Below are positions 55,437 through 64,000 of a DNA stretch of 64,000 nucleotides, piece by piece. The position numbers and the translations under genes were made by a program. Position 1 is the first letter of the stretch. Each line of letters starts with the position of its first letter. The DNA comes from an uncultured virus (IMG/VR IMGVR_UViG_3300032220_002272) (lineage: Duplodnaviria > Heunggongvirae > Uroviricota > Caudoviricetes): IMG/VR virus record IMGVR_UViG_3300032220_002272. One strand, given 5' to 3'. Below the pieces are notes generated by a model. That model was not told where the DNA came from. It ran no database searches and saw only the letters and a program-made list of their open reading frames with translations.

Positions 55437-55721
55437 CTATGCGGCCAAAGGGGCAACGACCTGCCATCCCCGTCGCTGGAGCAGCGCAACGGCCGCCTCG
55501 ACGTCACCCGGCACCGCCAGCCCATCGGCATGCCGCACCAACCGCCCGGCTGTGACGAGGCGCGCCACCGCGCGGCTGACGGCCGTCTTCGACCCCGCCC
55601 CCACCTCGAGCATGATCTCCCGAAGGCTGGGGCCGCGGTCGTATGTGAGCCGGAAGGCACGTACGAACGACACGATCTTGACGTCGATCCGAACGGCGCG
55701 CGGGATCGTCTGTTCGTTCAC
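55437..55721 (-). CDS. LexA-like HTH protein
   Basis: GPSLREIMLEVGAGSKTAVSRAVARL. Confidence 0.62.
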   Translation of the reverse strand: MNEQTIPRAVRIDVKIVSFVRAFRLTYDRGPSLREIMLEVGAGSKTAVSRAVARLVTAGRLVRHADGLAVPGDVEAAVALLQRRGWQVVAPLAA

Positions 55722-56374
55722 GCCGCCTCCTGATGCCGACCCTCGAACGACATGGCGGCGGCGACCTGCTCCTCGGTCAGGAAGCCGGCACGAAGGCCCA
55801 TGCGCCGTAGGTCGACCGTCATGGCCCGTATGCTCTCGGCGGAGATCTCGACATCCGCCGGCGGCGGGAGGGCGGCGACCGGCGGGTTGAGCGCCCGATC
55901 GATCTCCGCGCGATGTCGCTGCATGGCGGCTTCCCGCTCCTCCCGCTCGATGATCAGCTCCAGTGCGATACTGCGCAGCGTCGTCTCGATCTCTCCGATG
56001 AAGCGGAACGGGCAATGGATTGCCCGCTTGGCGGCAGTCAGCGAGATCATCGCCGGCAGATCGGCGAGCGCGTCCACCATGGCCTCGCGCCACGCCTGGG
56101 TATCCGCCGGCTTGGCGGTGGGGAGCACCTTGGCCGCCAGCCGCCGCAGGCGCTCGTCGATGGCATCGCCCCACTGCTTCCGGCCCTCGCTATCCTTGGG
56201 CACAGGCCGGAGATCATGAGCGATTTTCGCGAGGGCCGCGTCGATGCACGCCGGGGCGTCAGCGCCGAGCCGCGTAGCGAGGGTCGTCGTCGTCGAGGGA
56301 TGCAGGCTCAACGCCCGCCATGCCTGGTCGCGGAGCCCATCCACTAGCCCCCCGGTCGTCAGCCCGTTTTCCAC
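55718..56374 (-). CDS. Helper replication accessory protein
   Basis: Downstream of the initiator; WREAMVDALADLP; start uncertain. Confidence 0.5.
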   Translation of the reverse strand: MENGLTTGGLVDGLRDQAWRALSLHPSTTTTLATRLGADAPACIDAALAKIAHDLRPVPKDSEGRKQWGDAIDERLRRLAAKVLPTAKPADTQAWREAMVDALADLPAMISLTAAKRAIHCPFRFIGEIETTLRSIALELIIEREEREAAMQRHRAEIDRALNPPVAALPPPADVEISAESIRAMTVDLRRMGLRAGFLTEEQVAAAMSFEGRHQEAA

Positions 56375-57155
56375 TGCGAAGCACTCCCTCGATGTAGCTG
56401 ATGGGCTCGATGGCCCCTTCCCTCTGCGCCTTGCCCAGCGCGACGATCACCGCCTCTGGTCCGTGGCCGCCCTTCCACTTGCCGAGCAGCTTGCCCGCCT
56501 TCGGATCGACGATGCCGTGGCTGGCCAGGAACGCCTTGCCCTGATCCCACATGACCTTTTCCGGATCGATCGGCGGCGCTGCGGCGCCCGATCCGATAGG
56601 ATCGGAATTAGAATCTCTCTGTCCCTGTCCCTCTCCCTGTCTCTTGGAGACTTCGTCCCCAAGGACACGCGCCGCTGCCCCTGGGGACAGGTGCGGGACA
56701 GAGGCGGGGAAATGCTGGGACAGGAAGGTGACGAAGTCCGGCGCGGCCACGTCTGTCTCGTGCCGCTGGTTATGCTTCTTCACCCGCGCGCATTCGGCGC
56801 GGTGACGCTGTTCGACCTTGCTGCGCCAGGCGGCCAGCACCTGCTCGGCGACCACTGGATGGTAGAGCCGGCCGTCCGCAGCCTCGACCCACCCGCGCAG
56901 CGCATCGGCGCGATGCTTGCGGAACGTCTTCAGGTCGCGCCCCAGCCCGCATAGGCGCGCCAGCACCGCATCCGCCGCCGGCAAAGACCCGGCCGGCAGC
57001 TGATGCCACGCCGCTGACCAGAGCAGCACGGCGTACCAGCACGCCTCCGGGTGGCTCTCCGCGGCGAGGTCGCTGTCGCGCAGCCGTGCAACATGCAGCG
57101 GCATGAACGGGAAGTCCTGCAGGTCCGCATCGGCGGGTGTCAGCGGCGCGGTCAT
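56259..57155 (-). CDS. Helper replication initiator (DUF1376-like N-terminus)
   Basis: DFPFMPLHVARLRDS, WHQLPAGSLP, DGRLYHPVV; internal GTCC-N4-GGACA repeats. Confidence 0.72.
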   Translation of the reverse strand: MTAPLTPADADLQDFPFMPLHVARLRDSDLAAESHPEACWYAVLLWSAAWHQLPAGSLPAADAVLARLCGLGRDLKTFRKHRADALRGWVEAADGRLYHPVVAEQVLAAWRSKVEQRHRAECARVKKHNQRHETDVAAPDFVTFLSQHFPASVPHLSPGAAARVLGDEVSKRQGEGQGQRDSNSDPIGSGAAAPPIDPEKVMWDQGKAFLASHGIVDPKAGKLLGKWKGGHGPEAVIVALGKAQREGAIEPISYIEGVLRSGKRADDRGASGWAPRPGMAGVEPASLDDDDPRYAARR

Positions 57156-57520
57156 GCGCGATCCTTTGCGGGGGGTGAGATGCGGACGATCACGGCGCCG
57201 CCGGTGACGGGCGCGCCGCGCGACATGCTGAGTTCGAACAGGCTGTCGTCGATGCCGATCGCGGCGCTAACCGCGTCGAGGCCGGCTTTGATCGCGGCGA
57301 GCATGTTGTCGATGTCGCGGCGCTGCGCGTCAGGCGGGTGGAAGACGACCGTCACCGCCGCCGCCGTGTAGTCCACCGGACGAAGTCCGGCCGCCTTGCA
57401 CGCCCAGCCGCAATCGGTCTTGTAGCGCTTGGCCGCCTTGGCGCGCTTGCTCCAGTGGAGGCGGCGCGCCTGGTTCGGGTTCAGCGATGGCGCGGGCCAT
57501 GGGAGCGTGACCTCGATCAT
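57152..57520 (-). CDS. rusA: RusA-like Holliday junction resolvase
   Basis: LPWP..LNPN, RRDIDNMLAAIKAGLD, GIDDS. Confidence 0.75.
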   Translation of the reverse strand: MIEVTLPWPAPSLNPNQARRLHWSKRAKAAKRYKTDCGWACKAAGLRPVDYTAAAVTVVFHPPDAQRRDIDNMLAAIKAGLDAVSAAIGIDDSLFELSMSRGAPVTGGAVIVRISPPAKDRA

Positions 57521-58368
57521 ACGCCACACATCCCCTCGCATTCGAGGTCGAAGCCGAGTTGCCGGTCATCGCCGCCGATTGGCGCCTCAGACAGCGGCAG
57601 CATGGACGGATGCATGAATTCTTGCCCGCGCATCTTGCCGCCATCCCCGAGGCGCATCTGGCGATCGACTTCACATGCGTCTGCCCATTCGGCGGGGGAG
57701 TTGTCCCGCATGTCGCGCCACATCGCATTCGTGTGAAAGGGGCAGCCGATACAGGAGGACTTGGGGGCCGTTTCCTGCCGTTCCGCCATCCACCGGATGC
57801 AGTCCGCGCGAGACATGCCCGCCTCGATCAAAGGCCACCGATTCACCTGCCACTGCACGCGGCTGGGCTTCATGCGCGCGATCTCGTCCATGGAGATGCC
57901 GACCCACATCTCGACCGCGCCGGGCTTGATCCTAGCGCGGGGCCCTACGCCGAGCAGCTCGCGTAATTTTCGGCTGATGGGCTGGAGCTTGTACTCCTTG
58001 GTGCATTGGCGACGGCCCATACCCTTCGTGCCGTCGGGATTGAGGACGAACCAGGGCACCGCCGCGTATCGGCCGCCTATCGTCGTGCGCCGCGCGATAA
58101 CGTCCTCCCGTATGTTGCCGGCAGACACGACATGGACAGGGAAAGGCAGGCGATCGCGGAGGCGAGCCAGATGTTCGCGCACCGCCCGGGGTTCCCAACC
58201 TGTATCGGCGAATATGGCGCAGTCCGGCATCGGGCCGACGTCGCCCCGCGCCGCCGCCAGTGCGAGCGTGGTCGACTGTACGCCCGCCCCCAAGGACAGC
58301 ACCCGCTTCTGGGGAGCGGGAAGCGGTGCCGACAATGTCGGCCACTCGTTCGGCCACTGATAGGTCAC
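57517..58368 (-). CDS. PAPS-reductase-like (adenine nucleotide alpha hydrolase) protein
   Basis: SLGAGVQST, FADTGWE, RQCTKEYK, KSSCIGCPFH, CEGMCGV. Confidence 0.78.
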   Translation of the reverse strand: MTYQWPNEWPTLSAPLPAPQKRVLSLGAGVQSTTLALAAARGDVGPMPDCAIFADTGWEPRAVREHLARLRDRLPFPVHVVSAGNIREDVIARRTTIGGRYAAVPWFVLNPDGTKGMGRRQCTKEYKLQPISRKLRELLGVGPRARIKPGAVEMWVGISMDEIARMKPSRVQWQVNRWPLIEAGMSRADCIRWMAERQETAPKSSCIGCPFHTNAMWRDMRDNSPAEWADACEVDRQMRLGDGGKMRGQEFMHPSMLPLSEAPIGGDDRQLGFDLECEGMCGV

Positions 58369-59771
58369 GCTGCGCGCACCTCCGCGCCATCCTGCGCCGC
58401 CATCACGTCGGCCAAGCCGTGCGCGATCCACCGCATCACGTTGACCGCTTGGCTGTTCCCCAGCGCCTTGTAGCGCGGCCCGTCCGCCGCCGGCTTCCCG
58501 CGATAGGTGATCGCGGTGAAGCCGTCCGGCGCGCCCATGAGCCGCTCGCATTCAGTGGGCGTGAGGCGGCGCACCGCCCACTGGTCGGCGATGTTCAGTT
58601 CCTGACGCCGACCGCCGCCGGACGGCGCGTTGAGGCTATAGGCAAGCCCCTCCTGCCACTCGACGTTTCGACCGCCTTCCCGGCCGCGCTCCTGAAACGC
58701 GATCGGTTGCACGATCGCCTGCGCACTGCGGTCTGTCCCGGTCGTCAGCGATCCACTGACGCCGCAGGTTTCATAGGCGCCATCGTTCGGCGTGATGCGG
58801 TAGGCCACTGCGTCAGGGCGCTTGGCCCGCATAGCGTAGCCGACGTCCGGCTGCACGCCCAACCCGGAGCGCTCCGCTGCGGTGCCTCCGGCTCCTTCCC
58901 CGGACCGATCCAGCGCATCGCTGTGAATGGCATAGCACGGCACTATCGGCGTACCGCGCCCGGTGCCGTCTTCGCTGGCATCAAACCCTTCGGCGCGCAG
59001 GGCATGCGCCACGAAGGTTTCAACCTCAAAATCGCATTTGTGCCCGCGCGCCGTCAGGCATGCCGCCTGCTCTACCGCTCCAGCCCGATTGCCACCGCCG
59101 AAAGCGCGCGCGCCAAGAGCGCCGGCAATGCCTTCCCCCGCTTGGCGGCGCGGCGCAGGATTCCCGCGCAGGCTTTCGCGCTCAAATAATACCGCTGCGG
59201 GACCGGCTGCGTCTCCAAGATGTGCGACAACGAACACACGCCGCCGCCGCTGGGGCACGGCCCCCTCGTGCCCGTCCACTCGGACGTATTGAGCGTCCAG
59301 CACTCGGTAGGCCCACCCATACCCGAGTTCGCCCAGGAGCCGGAGGAAGGTTCCCATCGTTCGTCCGCTGTCGTGCGACAGGAAACCGGGGACATTCTCC
59401 CATACCAGCCATCGCGCGCGAACGCGTCGAGCCAGCGCCAGGAACTCAAGGGTGAGGTTGCCGCGCGGGTCGTCCAGGCCAAGGCGCTTTCCTGCGACGC
59501 TGAATGCTTGGCAGGGGGTGCCTCCGGCAAGGAGGTCAACAGGTCCAACATGGTGGCTCTCGATCTTGGTGAAGTCGCCGAACAGGGGCGTCGTGTTGCT
59601 GCCGGGGACGAAGCGGTGATCCCACTCGACCGGCACCGCGCCGTGACGCTGCTCGAGCACCGCGCGCGGGAACGCTTCGATCTCGGAATAGCCGACGCAG
59701 CGGAACCCCAGCCCCGCCGACGCGAGGGTGAAGGCGCTGTAGCCCGAGCAGACGTCGAGGTAGCGGATCAT
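58365..59771 (-). CDS. C5-cytosine DNA methyltransferase
   Basis: DVCSG, GGTPCQAFS, WENVPG, PQRRRRVF, RRLTPTECERL, YKALGNS. Confidence 0.92.
   Translation of the reverse strand: MIRYLDVCSGYSAFTLASAGLGFRCVGYSEIEAFPRAVLEQRHGAVPVEWDHRFVPGSNTTPLFGDFTKIESHHVGPVDLLAGGTPCQAFSVAGKRLGLDDPRGNLTLEFLALARRVRARWLVWENVPGFLSHDSGRTMGTFLRLLGELGYGWAYRVLDAQYVRVDGHEGAVPQRRRRVFVVAHLGDAAGPAAVLFERESLRGNPAPRRQAGEGIAGALGARAFGGGNRAGAVEQAACLTARGHKCDFEVETFVAHALRAEGFDASEDGTGRGTPIVPCYAIHSDALDRSGEGAGGTAAERSGLGVQPDVGYAMRAKRPDAVAYRITPNDGAYETCGVSGSLTTGTDRSAQAIVQPIAFQERGREGGRNVEWQEGLAYSLNAPSGGGRRQELNIADQWAVRRLTPTECERLMGAPDGFTAITYRGKPAADGPRYKALGNSQAVNVMRWIAHGLADVMAAQDGAEVRAA
59072..59551 (-). CDS. Overprinted alternative-frame polypeptide (M.EcoHK31I beta-like)
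   Basis: Nested in the MTase gene; SLSHILE..YYLSAKACAGILRRAAKRGKALP. Confidence 0.55.
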   Translation of the reverse strand: MLDLLTSLPEAPPAKHSASQESALAWTTRAATSPLSSWRWLDAFARDGWYGRMSPVSCRTTADERWEPSSGSWANSGMGGPTECWTLNTSEWTGTRGPCPSGGGVCSLSHILETQPVPQRYYLSAKACAGILRRAAKRGKALPALLARALSAVAIGLER

Positions 59772-60064
59772 CAGGCGGCCTTCACCCGATCGCGACTGAA
59801 GAACGTCGGATCCGACGGGCGAACCCGCTCGCGCAGATCGTCACCCAACACCGCCCCAGGCTGCGCGCCGTCGATCGGCAAAGCGAACGGCGGCCGGGGC
59901 GGAAGCGGCGCGGGCGGGTTCACCGCGGTGCGCGCCCGGTAGATCGACGCCGCCCATTCCGGCTTCGTGTGCTTCAGCATCTCGAGTTCGGCGGCGGCGG
60001 CGTCGAAGTCGCGGGCCAGGATCGCGCGCGCGAGACGTTCGCGCCAATCAAGTGCAGTTCCCAT
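59771..60064 (-). CDS. Hypothetical protein
   Basis: GAGG RBS; coupled to the MTase gene. Confidence 0.5.
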   Translation of the reverse strand: MGTALDWRERLARAILARDFDAAAAELEMLKHTKPEWAASIYRARTAVNPPAPLPPRPPFALPIDGAQPGAVLGDDLRERVRPSDPTFFSRDRVKAA

Positions 60065-60098
60065 CGTTACCTCCTCTTCGTGGTGGTTGGTGGCCGCG

Positions 60099-61202
60099 TC
60101 AGACGCGGAGCGGCATCAGCACGAGGCTCGCGGCCTTCGCCTTGGGGCTGGTGATCAGTGCGGGCGCCGCCGCATCGCCCAGCGAGAACTCGACATGATC
60201 AACGTCGAGCGCGGCGAGCGCGTCGCGCAGGTACTTGCTGTTGAAGCCGATGGTCAGTGGGTCGCCCTCGTATTCGCAGGGCACCTCGTCGACGGCTTCG
60301 CCATGCTCGGGCGTCGTGATGGAGACGCGTAGGAGATCTCGCTTCAGATCGAAGCGGACCGCGCGCACCTTGTCCGTCGCCACCAGGGCAAGCCGGCCGA
60401 CCGCCACCCTCAGCGCGTCGCGATCAACCGAGGCGACGGCTGGGGCTGGCGCCGGTATCGTGCGAGCGTAATCCGGATACGTCCCATCGACCACCTTGGC
60501 GACGATGACGAAATCGCCGGCGGCCATCGTGACCTTGCCGTCGCCGACCGCGACGTCGATCGACGTTTCGCGCGCTTCAGCCGCCGCGCGCGCCAGATCA
60601 ATGCAGCGGGTGCGCAGGATGGTGTCGGGCATGCTTTGAGCGCCTTCCGGCAGGTCGTCGACATAGCGGGCGAGCCGATGGCCGTCGCACGATGCAAACC
60701 GGAGCGATCCTTCGAACGCGTGCAGGAAGACGCCGTTCAAATAATAGCGAACCTCTTCGGTCGACACCGCGTGGCGCACCACGTCCAGCGCGCACACCAA
60801 CGCCTTGCTTTCCAGTGTGAAGCGCGCCTGCACGACCTCCTGCTTCAGGATCGGGAATTGGTCCTTCGGCAGCGTCGCGAAGCGGAACCGCGCCCGGCCG
60901 TTCGATACTGTCGCGGCCGATCCGTCGAACTTGATCGCCGTCTGGCTGCCGCCGCCGAACGACCCGACCACGTCCGCCAGGCGGTGCGCGTCGAGGGTGA
61001 AGCTGATCGGCCGCTCAACGACGGCGGGAACGGTCAGCGTGACCATCACGTCCAGGTCGGAAGCGGTCAGGCGGACCATCCCGGCTTCCGCCTCGACCAA
61101 CACGTTCGCGAGGATCGGGATGGTGTTGCGGCGCTGTACGGCGGCGCGCACCTCGCGCAGCGCGCGGTTGAGCTTGTCGGTTTCAAAGGCGATGGTCGTC
61201 AT
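60099..61202 (-). CDS. dnaN: DNA polymerase III beta sliding clamp (prophage-encoded)
   Basis: RRNTIPILANVL, STEEVRYYLNGVFLH, DGHRLA, DGTYPDY, IGFNSKYL, VLMPLRV. Confidence 0.92.
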   Translation of the reverse strand: MTTIAFETDKLNRALREVRAAVQRRNTIPILANVLVEAEAGMVRLTASDLDVMVTLTVPAVVERPISFTLDAHRLADVVGSFGGGSQTAIKFDGSAATVSNGRARFRFATLPKDQFPILKQEVVQARFTLESKALVCALDVVRHAVSTEEVRYYLNGVFLHAFEGSLRFASCDGHRLARYVDDLPEGAQSMPDTILRTRCIDLARAAAEARETSIDVAVGDGKVTMAAGDFVIVAKVVDGTYPDYARTIPAPAPAVASVDRDALRVAVGRLALVATDKVRAVRFDLKRDLLRVSITTPEHGEAVDEVPCEYEGDPLTIGFNSKYLRDALAALDVDHVEFSLGDAAAPALITSPKAKAASLVLMPLRV

Positions 61203-61525
61203 GCGATGGCTCCGATGGACGGGGCGGCGGGCTCGACAGGCCCCTCGCCAATTTCGCGGAAGAGGTTTGCGGACACGCGGGCGCAGCGCTCGGCGACCTT
61301 GGCGAGCTCGCGCGCCAGCATGCGGACTTCGAAATCCGTGATGGTCGTGTTGCCCTGCCGCTTGTCGTACAGGCCGCGCTCGCTGCACCCGATCAGGGCG
61401 GCGACGTTCTTGAACCCGCCGCGATCGCACATGATCTCGCAAGCAGTTTCGAGGCCGGCCATGCGTGGCACCGACAACCGCCGCGCGACTGCTTCCGAAT
61501 GTTCGGAAGTGGCTTTTTCCACCAT
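61199..61525 (-). CDS. Small HTH-like protein
   Basis: GGFKNVAALIGCSERGLYDK; coupled on both sides. Confidence 0.5.
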   Translation of the reverse strand: MVEKATSEHSEAVARRLSVPRMAGLETACEIMCDRGGFKNVAALIGCSERGLYDKRQGNTTITDFEVRMLARELAKVAERCARVSANLFREIGEGPVEPAAPSIGAIA

Positions 61526-62742
61526 CACGCCACCTCCACATTGCTGAGCAGGACGCCCTGATCGGCCTCGATTCGGCGGCGTGCGATCGCCGCGTATTCC
61601 GGGTTCAACTCGATCAGGATCGCATCGCGCTGCAGGCGATCTGCGACGAGGCCGGTCGTACCAGCGCCGCCGAACGGGTCGAGGACGACGCCGCCGGCTG
61701 GGCATCCCGCAAGGATGGCGCGCGCAGCCAGCTCAGTCGGGAAAGTGGCGAAGTGGGCCTCTTTGAACGGCTGGATCGCGATCTCCCACACCGGAAGCGC
61801 CGCGGGTTCGTAATTGCGGAGGTATCGTCCGTCGCCACGAGGGGTGTTGGCGATCCCGGTGTGATTGACGTGACCCTCGTGGCGCGGGCCAACGGTGCGA
61901 GTCTTCCCCTTCTCACGGCCCTGACGATGGTGCGACCCATGGGCGCCAGCACCCGTGTCCCAGCCATCTGGCATCTTGATGCGACGGTTGCCCGTTACCG
62001 CGCGAGGCCCCGGTACGCCGCCGACATAGCTGCCACCCCGAAAGGTCGCGGCGTCCTCGTCCGACGTGCGTCCTTGGAGGACGGCGGCCGCATTGTAATA
62101 GGTGCCGATCTTGAGCCAGCGAGACCCATCCCGCTCCGGATCGGTGATCAGCGGGCAGCGCTCGGTCAGGTCGGGGCAGAACGACAGCTCGCCGGTGTCG
62201 CGGGCGCGCCAGATATCTCCGTCGTCCGACTTCGCCAGCCAGAAGACCTTCTCGTGCGAAGTAGATGGGCGCTGCGAACCCGAGCTGTCGGGCATCGGGT
62301 TGAGCTTGCCCCACACGATCTCAGAGCGCACCCACCAGCCCGCGTCCTGCAACGCGATGGCAAGCCGGTTCGGCACCATGCACAGATCCTTGGGCTTGAT
62401 CCCGGCACCGACGGTGCTGAACGGCTTGTCGCGGAAGGTGCGATCGTCGTTGCCCGCAACCTTCGCATCTGCCGCTGATCGCCCGTTCGGAGCGGAAGCA
62501 TAGCAGTCGCCGTAATTCAGGAAGCAATTGCCGGTCGGCTTCAGAACCCGGCGCACCTCCTCGAACACCGCGACCATGATCTCGAGATGGTCTGCAAGCG
62601 TCGGCTCCAGTCCGATCTGCCCGGCGACGCCGTAATCGCGCAGCCCCCAATAGGGCGGCGACGTCACGCAGCAGTCCACGGAGTCGGACGGGATCAACGC
62701 GAGCTGCTCACGCACGTCCCCGAGCATGATGCGGACACTCAT
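61525..62742 (-). CDS. N4-C/N6-A DNA methyltransferase (beta order)
   Basis: VTSPPYWGLRDY, HFATFP, LDPFGGAGTTG. Confidence 0.9.
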   Translation of the reverse strand: MSVRIMLGDVREQLALIPSDSVDCCVTSPPYWGLRDYGVAGQIGLEPTLADHLEIMVAVFEEVRRVLKPTGNCFLNYGDCYASAPNGRSAADAKVAGNDDRTFRDKPFSTVGAGIKPKDLCMVPNRLAIALQDAGWWVRSEIVWGKLNPMPDSSGSQRPSTSHEKVFWLAKSDDGDIWRARDTGELSFCPDLTERCPLITDPERDGSRWLKIGTYYNAAAVLQGRTSDEDAATFRGGSYVGGVPGPRAVTGNRRIKMPDGWDTGAGAHGSHHRQGREKGKTRTVGPRHEGHVNHTGIANTPRGDGRYLRNYEPAALPVWEIAIQPFKEAHFATFPTELAARAILAGCPAGGVVLDPFGGAGTTGLVADRLQRDAILIELNPEYAAIARRRIEADQGVLLSNVEVA

Positions 62743-62943
62743 GCCGCGCGACTCTCGCGCACCGGCAACCCGATCACCGGGTGCCAGCCCATCACGCAGC
62801 CGTTCACGGCATACAGGCGCGTTGCGAGCGCGCTGGCCGCAGGACGCAGAGGTTCGTCCGCCGTCCCGCCCTTCGACGGGATCGACGCTGTTCGCATCGT
62901 CATGGTGTCACTCCTGGCGGGCGGCTGCCCGCGGGCTAGATCC

Positions 62944-63429
62944 TCAGGTCTGGTCGGTCAGGCGGCGTTGGGACTTGGCGCGCTGCTCACGCAGGCGGTC
63001 GATGTGTCGGGCGACAGCTTCGATCTCGGGCCACATGCCGTCGAGCTCCTCGTCGTCGACGATGTTGTCGTTCTCGAGCGCCGCCGCCTTTTTCGCCATG
63101 AGGTCGGCGAGCGCCTTCAGTGCCGTGCGGCCTTCACAGGCGCCGGCCGCGTCGATCGGGCTGATCCGCATGCCAACGAGGCCCATGACGTCGTTGGCAA
63201 AGCGGCCGTCCCACTCGCGGCAGCCGCGCAGGAACGATACGACACCCATCTCGCCCAGGGCTGTGCGGTAGCGCGCGGCGGTGTCCTCGTGCTTTCCCAG
63301 CACCGCACCAAGGTCGGCATCGGTCGCCCCATCCTCCGTCTTGATCGTCTCGAGGCTCTTGCCGAGCGTCTCAAGCAGTAACGATGCGGGAACGGTGCGG
63401 TAGCGGTTGTGGATGTGCGGCGCGGTCAT
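62944..63429 (-). CDS. CII-like regulatory protein
   Basis: Position after Cro; DLGAVLGKHEDTAARY; DNIVDDEEL. Confidence 0.5.
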   Translation of the reverse strand: MTAPHIHNRYRTVPASLLLETLGKSLETIKTEDGATDADLGAVLGKHEDTAARYRTALGEMGVVSFLRGCREWDGRFANDVMGLVGMRISPIDAAGACEGRTALKALADLMAKKAAALENDNIVDDEELDGMWPEIEAVARHIDRLREQRAKSQRRLTDQT

Positions 63430-63686
63430 GCTGCAAAGCCTTCGACATGAACAGGGAAACGATCCACCTCGCCCCGAAAGACGACCGCCTCGCGGTTGCC
63501 CGCGCGTTGGTCGACAAAGGTGCCGGTGACGCAGGTACGCGCGTCACCGGCGAGGGGGCGGCCGCCCGTCATGGTTTCAGCGGCCGCGGGGAGAGCTTGG
63601 GCGCGACGGATCGCGCAATCGGTGTGGGTGCAGGCGAAGGCCTCCGGATGCCAGGGGCCGATGCCGCAGCGATCGCAGGTGCTCAT
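63426..63686 (-). CDS. Small hypothetical protein
   Basis: ATGA-coupled on both sides. Confidence 0.4.
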   Translation of the reverse strand: MSTCDRCGIGPWHPEAFACTHTDCAIRRAQALPAAAETMTGGRPLAGDARTCVTGTFVDQRAGNREAVVFRGEVDRFPVHVEGFAA

Positions 63687-63925
63687 GCGGCCGCGACCTC
63701 ATCGATCGGATACAGGTCCGGCCGCAGATCGTGGCGGCTGCCGAAGCCTTCCCGTTCTGCCTTTAAAACGAACTCTCCCGGGAGCGGTCGGCCGTTCTTA
63801 AGCCAGTACGAAACCATCTGCTGCGAAGTGCCAATTGCCGCAGCGAAACGCGACTGGTTGTCCCCTGCGGCTGCGACAGCAGCCCTGAGTGCGGTGTGCA
63901 TGGTGTCGGGAGAAGGATCGCTCAT
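63683..63925 (-). CDS. Cro/YdaS-like repressor
   Basis: NQSRFAAAIGTSQQMVSYWL, HDLRPDLY. Confidence 0.85.
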   Translation of the reverse strand: MSDPSPDTMHTALRAAVAAAGDNQSRFAAAIGTSQQMVSYWLKNGRPLPGEFVLKAEREGFGSRHDLRPDLYPIDEVAAA

Positions 63926-63937
63926 GACCCGCATTTA

Positions 63938-64000
63938 TACAGAAGTTCTGTAGCCGTGCAACAGGACTTTTGTAGCCCCGCCAGCCGCAGTATTTTTGTA
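63938..64000. promoter_or_regulatory. Three 15-bp operator sites of the lysis-lysogeny switch
   Basis: TACAGAAGTTCTGTA (63938), AACAGGACTTTTGTA (63960), CGCAGTATTTTTGTA (63986). Confidence 0.72.

Larger units (their letters stand above)
6637..64000 (-). mobile_element. Temperate prophage (helper): lambda-like head/cos with Mu-like contractile tail; continues past the right edge
   Basis: Contiguous lysis, tail, head, terminase, antiterminator, replication and Cro modules; repressor and integrase are not in the window; left end approximate. Confidence 0.93.

Noticed and set aside
58365..62742. Restriction-modification system
   Set aside because: No recognisable cognate endonuclease; treated as orphan phage methyltransferases.

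Overview
GC-rich, probably sphingomonad (alphaproteobacterial) DNA. Bases ~1-6.6 kb are ordinary host genes: a glutathionylspermidine-synthase-family gene with its lipoprotein partner, an MHYT-GGDEF-EAL protein and small secreted proteins. From ~6.64 kb to beyond the right edge lies a minus-strand temperate prophage ('helper') with a lysis cassette, a Mu-like contractile tail, a lambda-like head/terminase/cos, a NusG-type antiterminator, a replication and DNA-modification block and a Cro/operator region. The main result is a 19,547-bp satellite-like element (34647-54193) integrated INSIDE a helper gene ~420 bp from the helper cos. It is flanked by a 7-bp direct repeat (TATTCGG), and removing it restores a 220-aa ORF. 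It has its own integrase, C4-like antisense control, replicon, a near-copy of the helper cos, a TerS paralogue and two coiled-coil paralogues reminiscent of P4 Sid/Psu. I recognise no capsid, portal or TerL genes in it. Unusually, it carries its own tail-assembly chaperone (with -1 frameshift), a tape-measure paralogue of almost the same length as the helper's but with a different peptidoglycan-hydrolase domain, a convergent secreted protein, and fibre-like genes. My inference is a 'tail-remodelling' satellite that swaps the tape measure/hydrolase, possibly to bypass helper superinfection exclusion. All family assignments were made by eye from motifs and synteny; no database searches were run.
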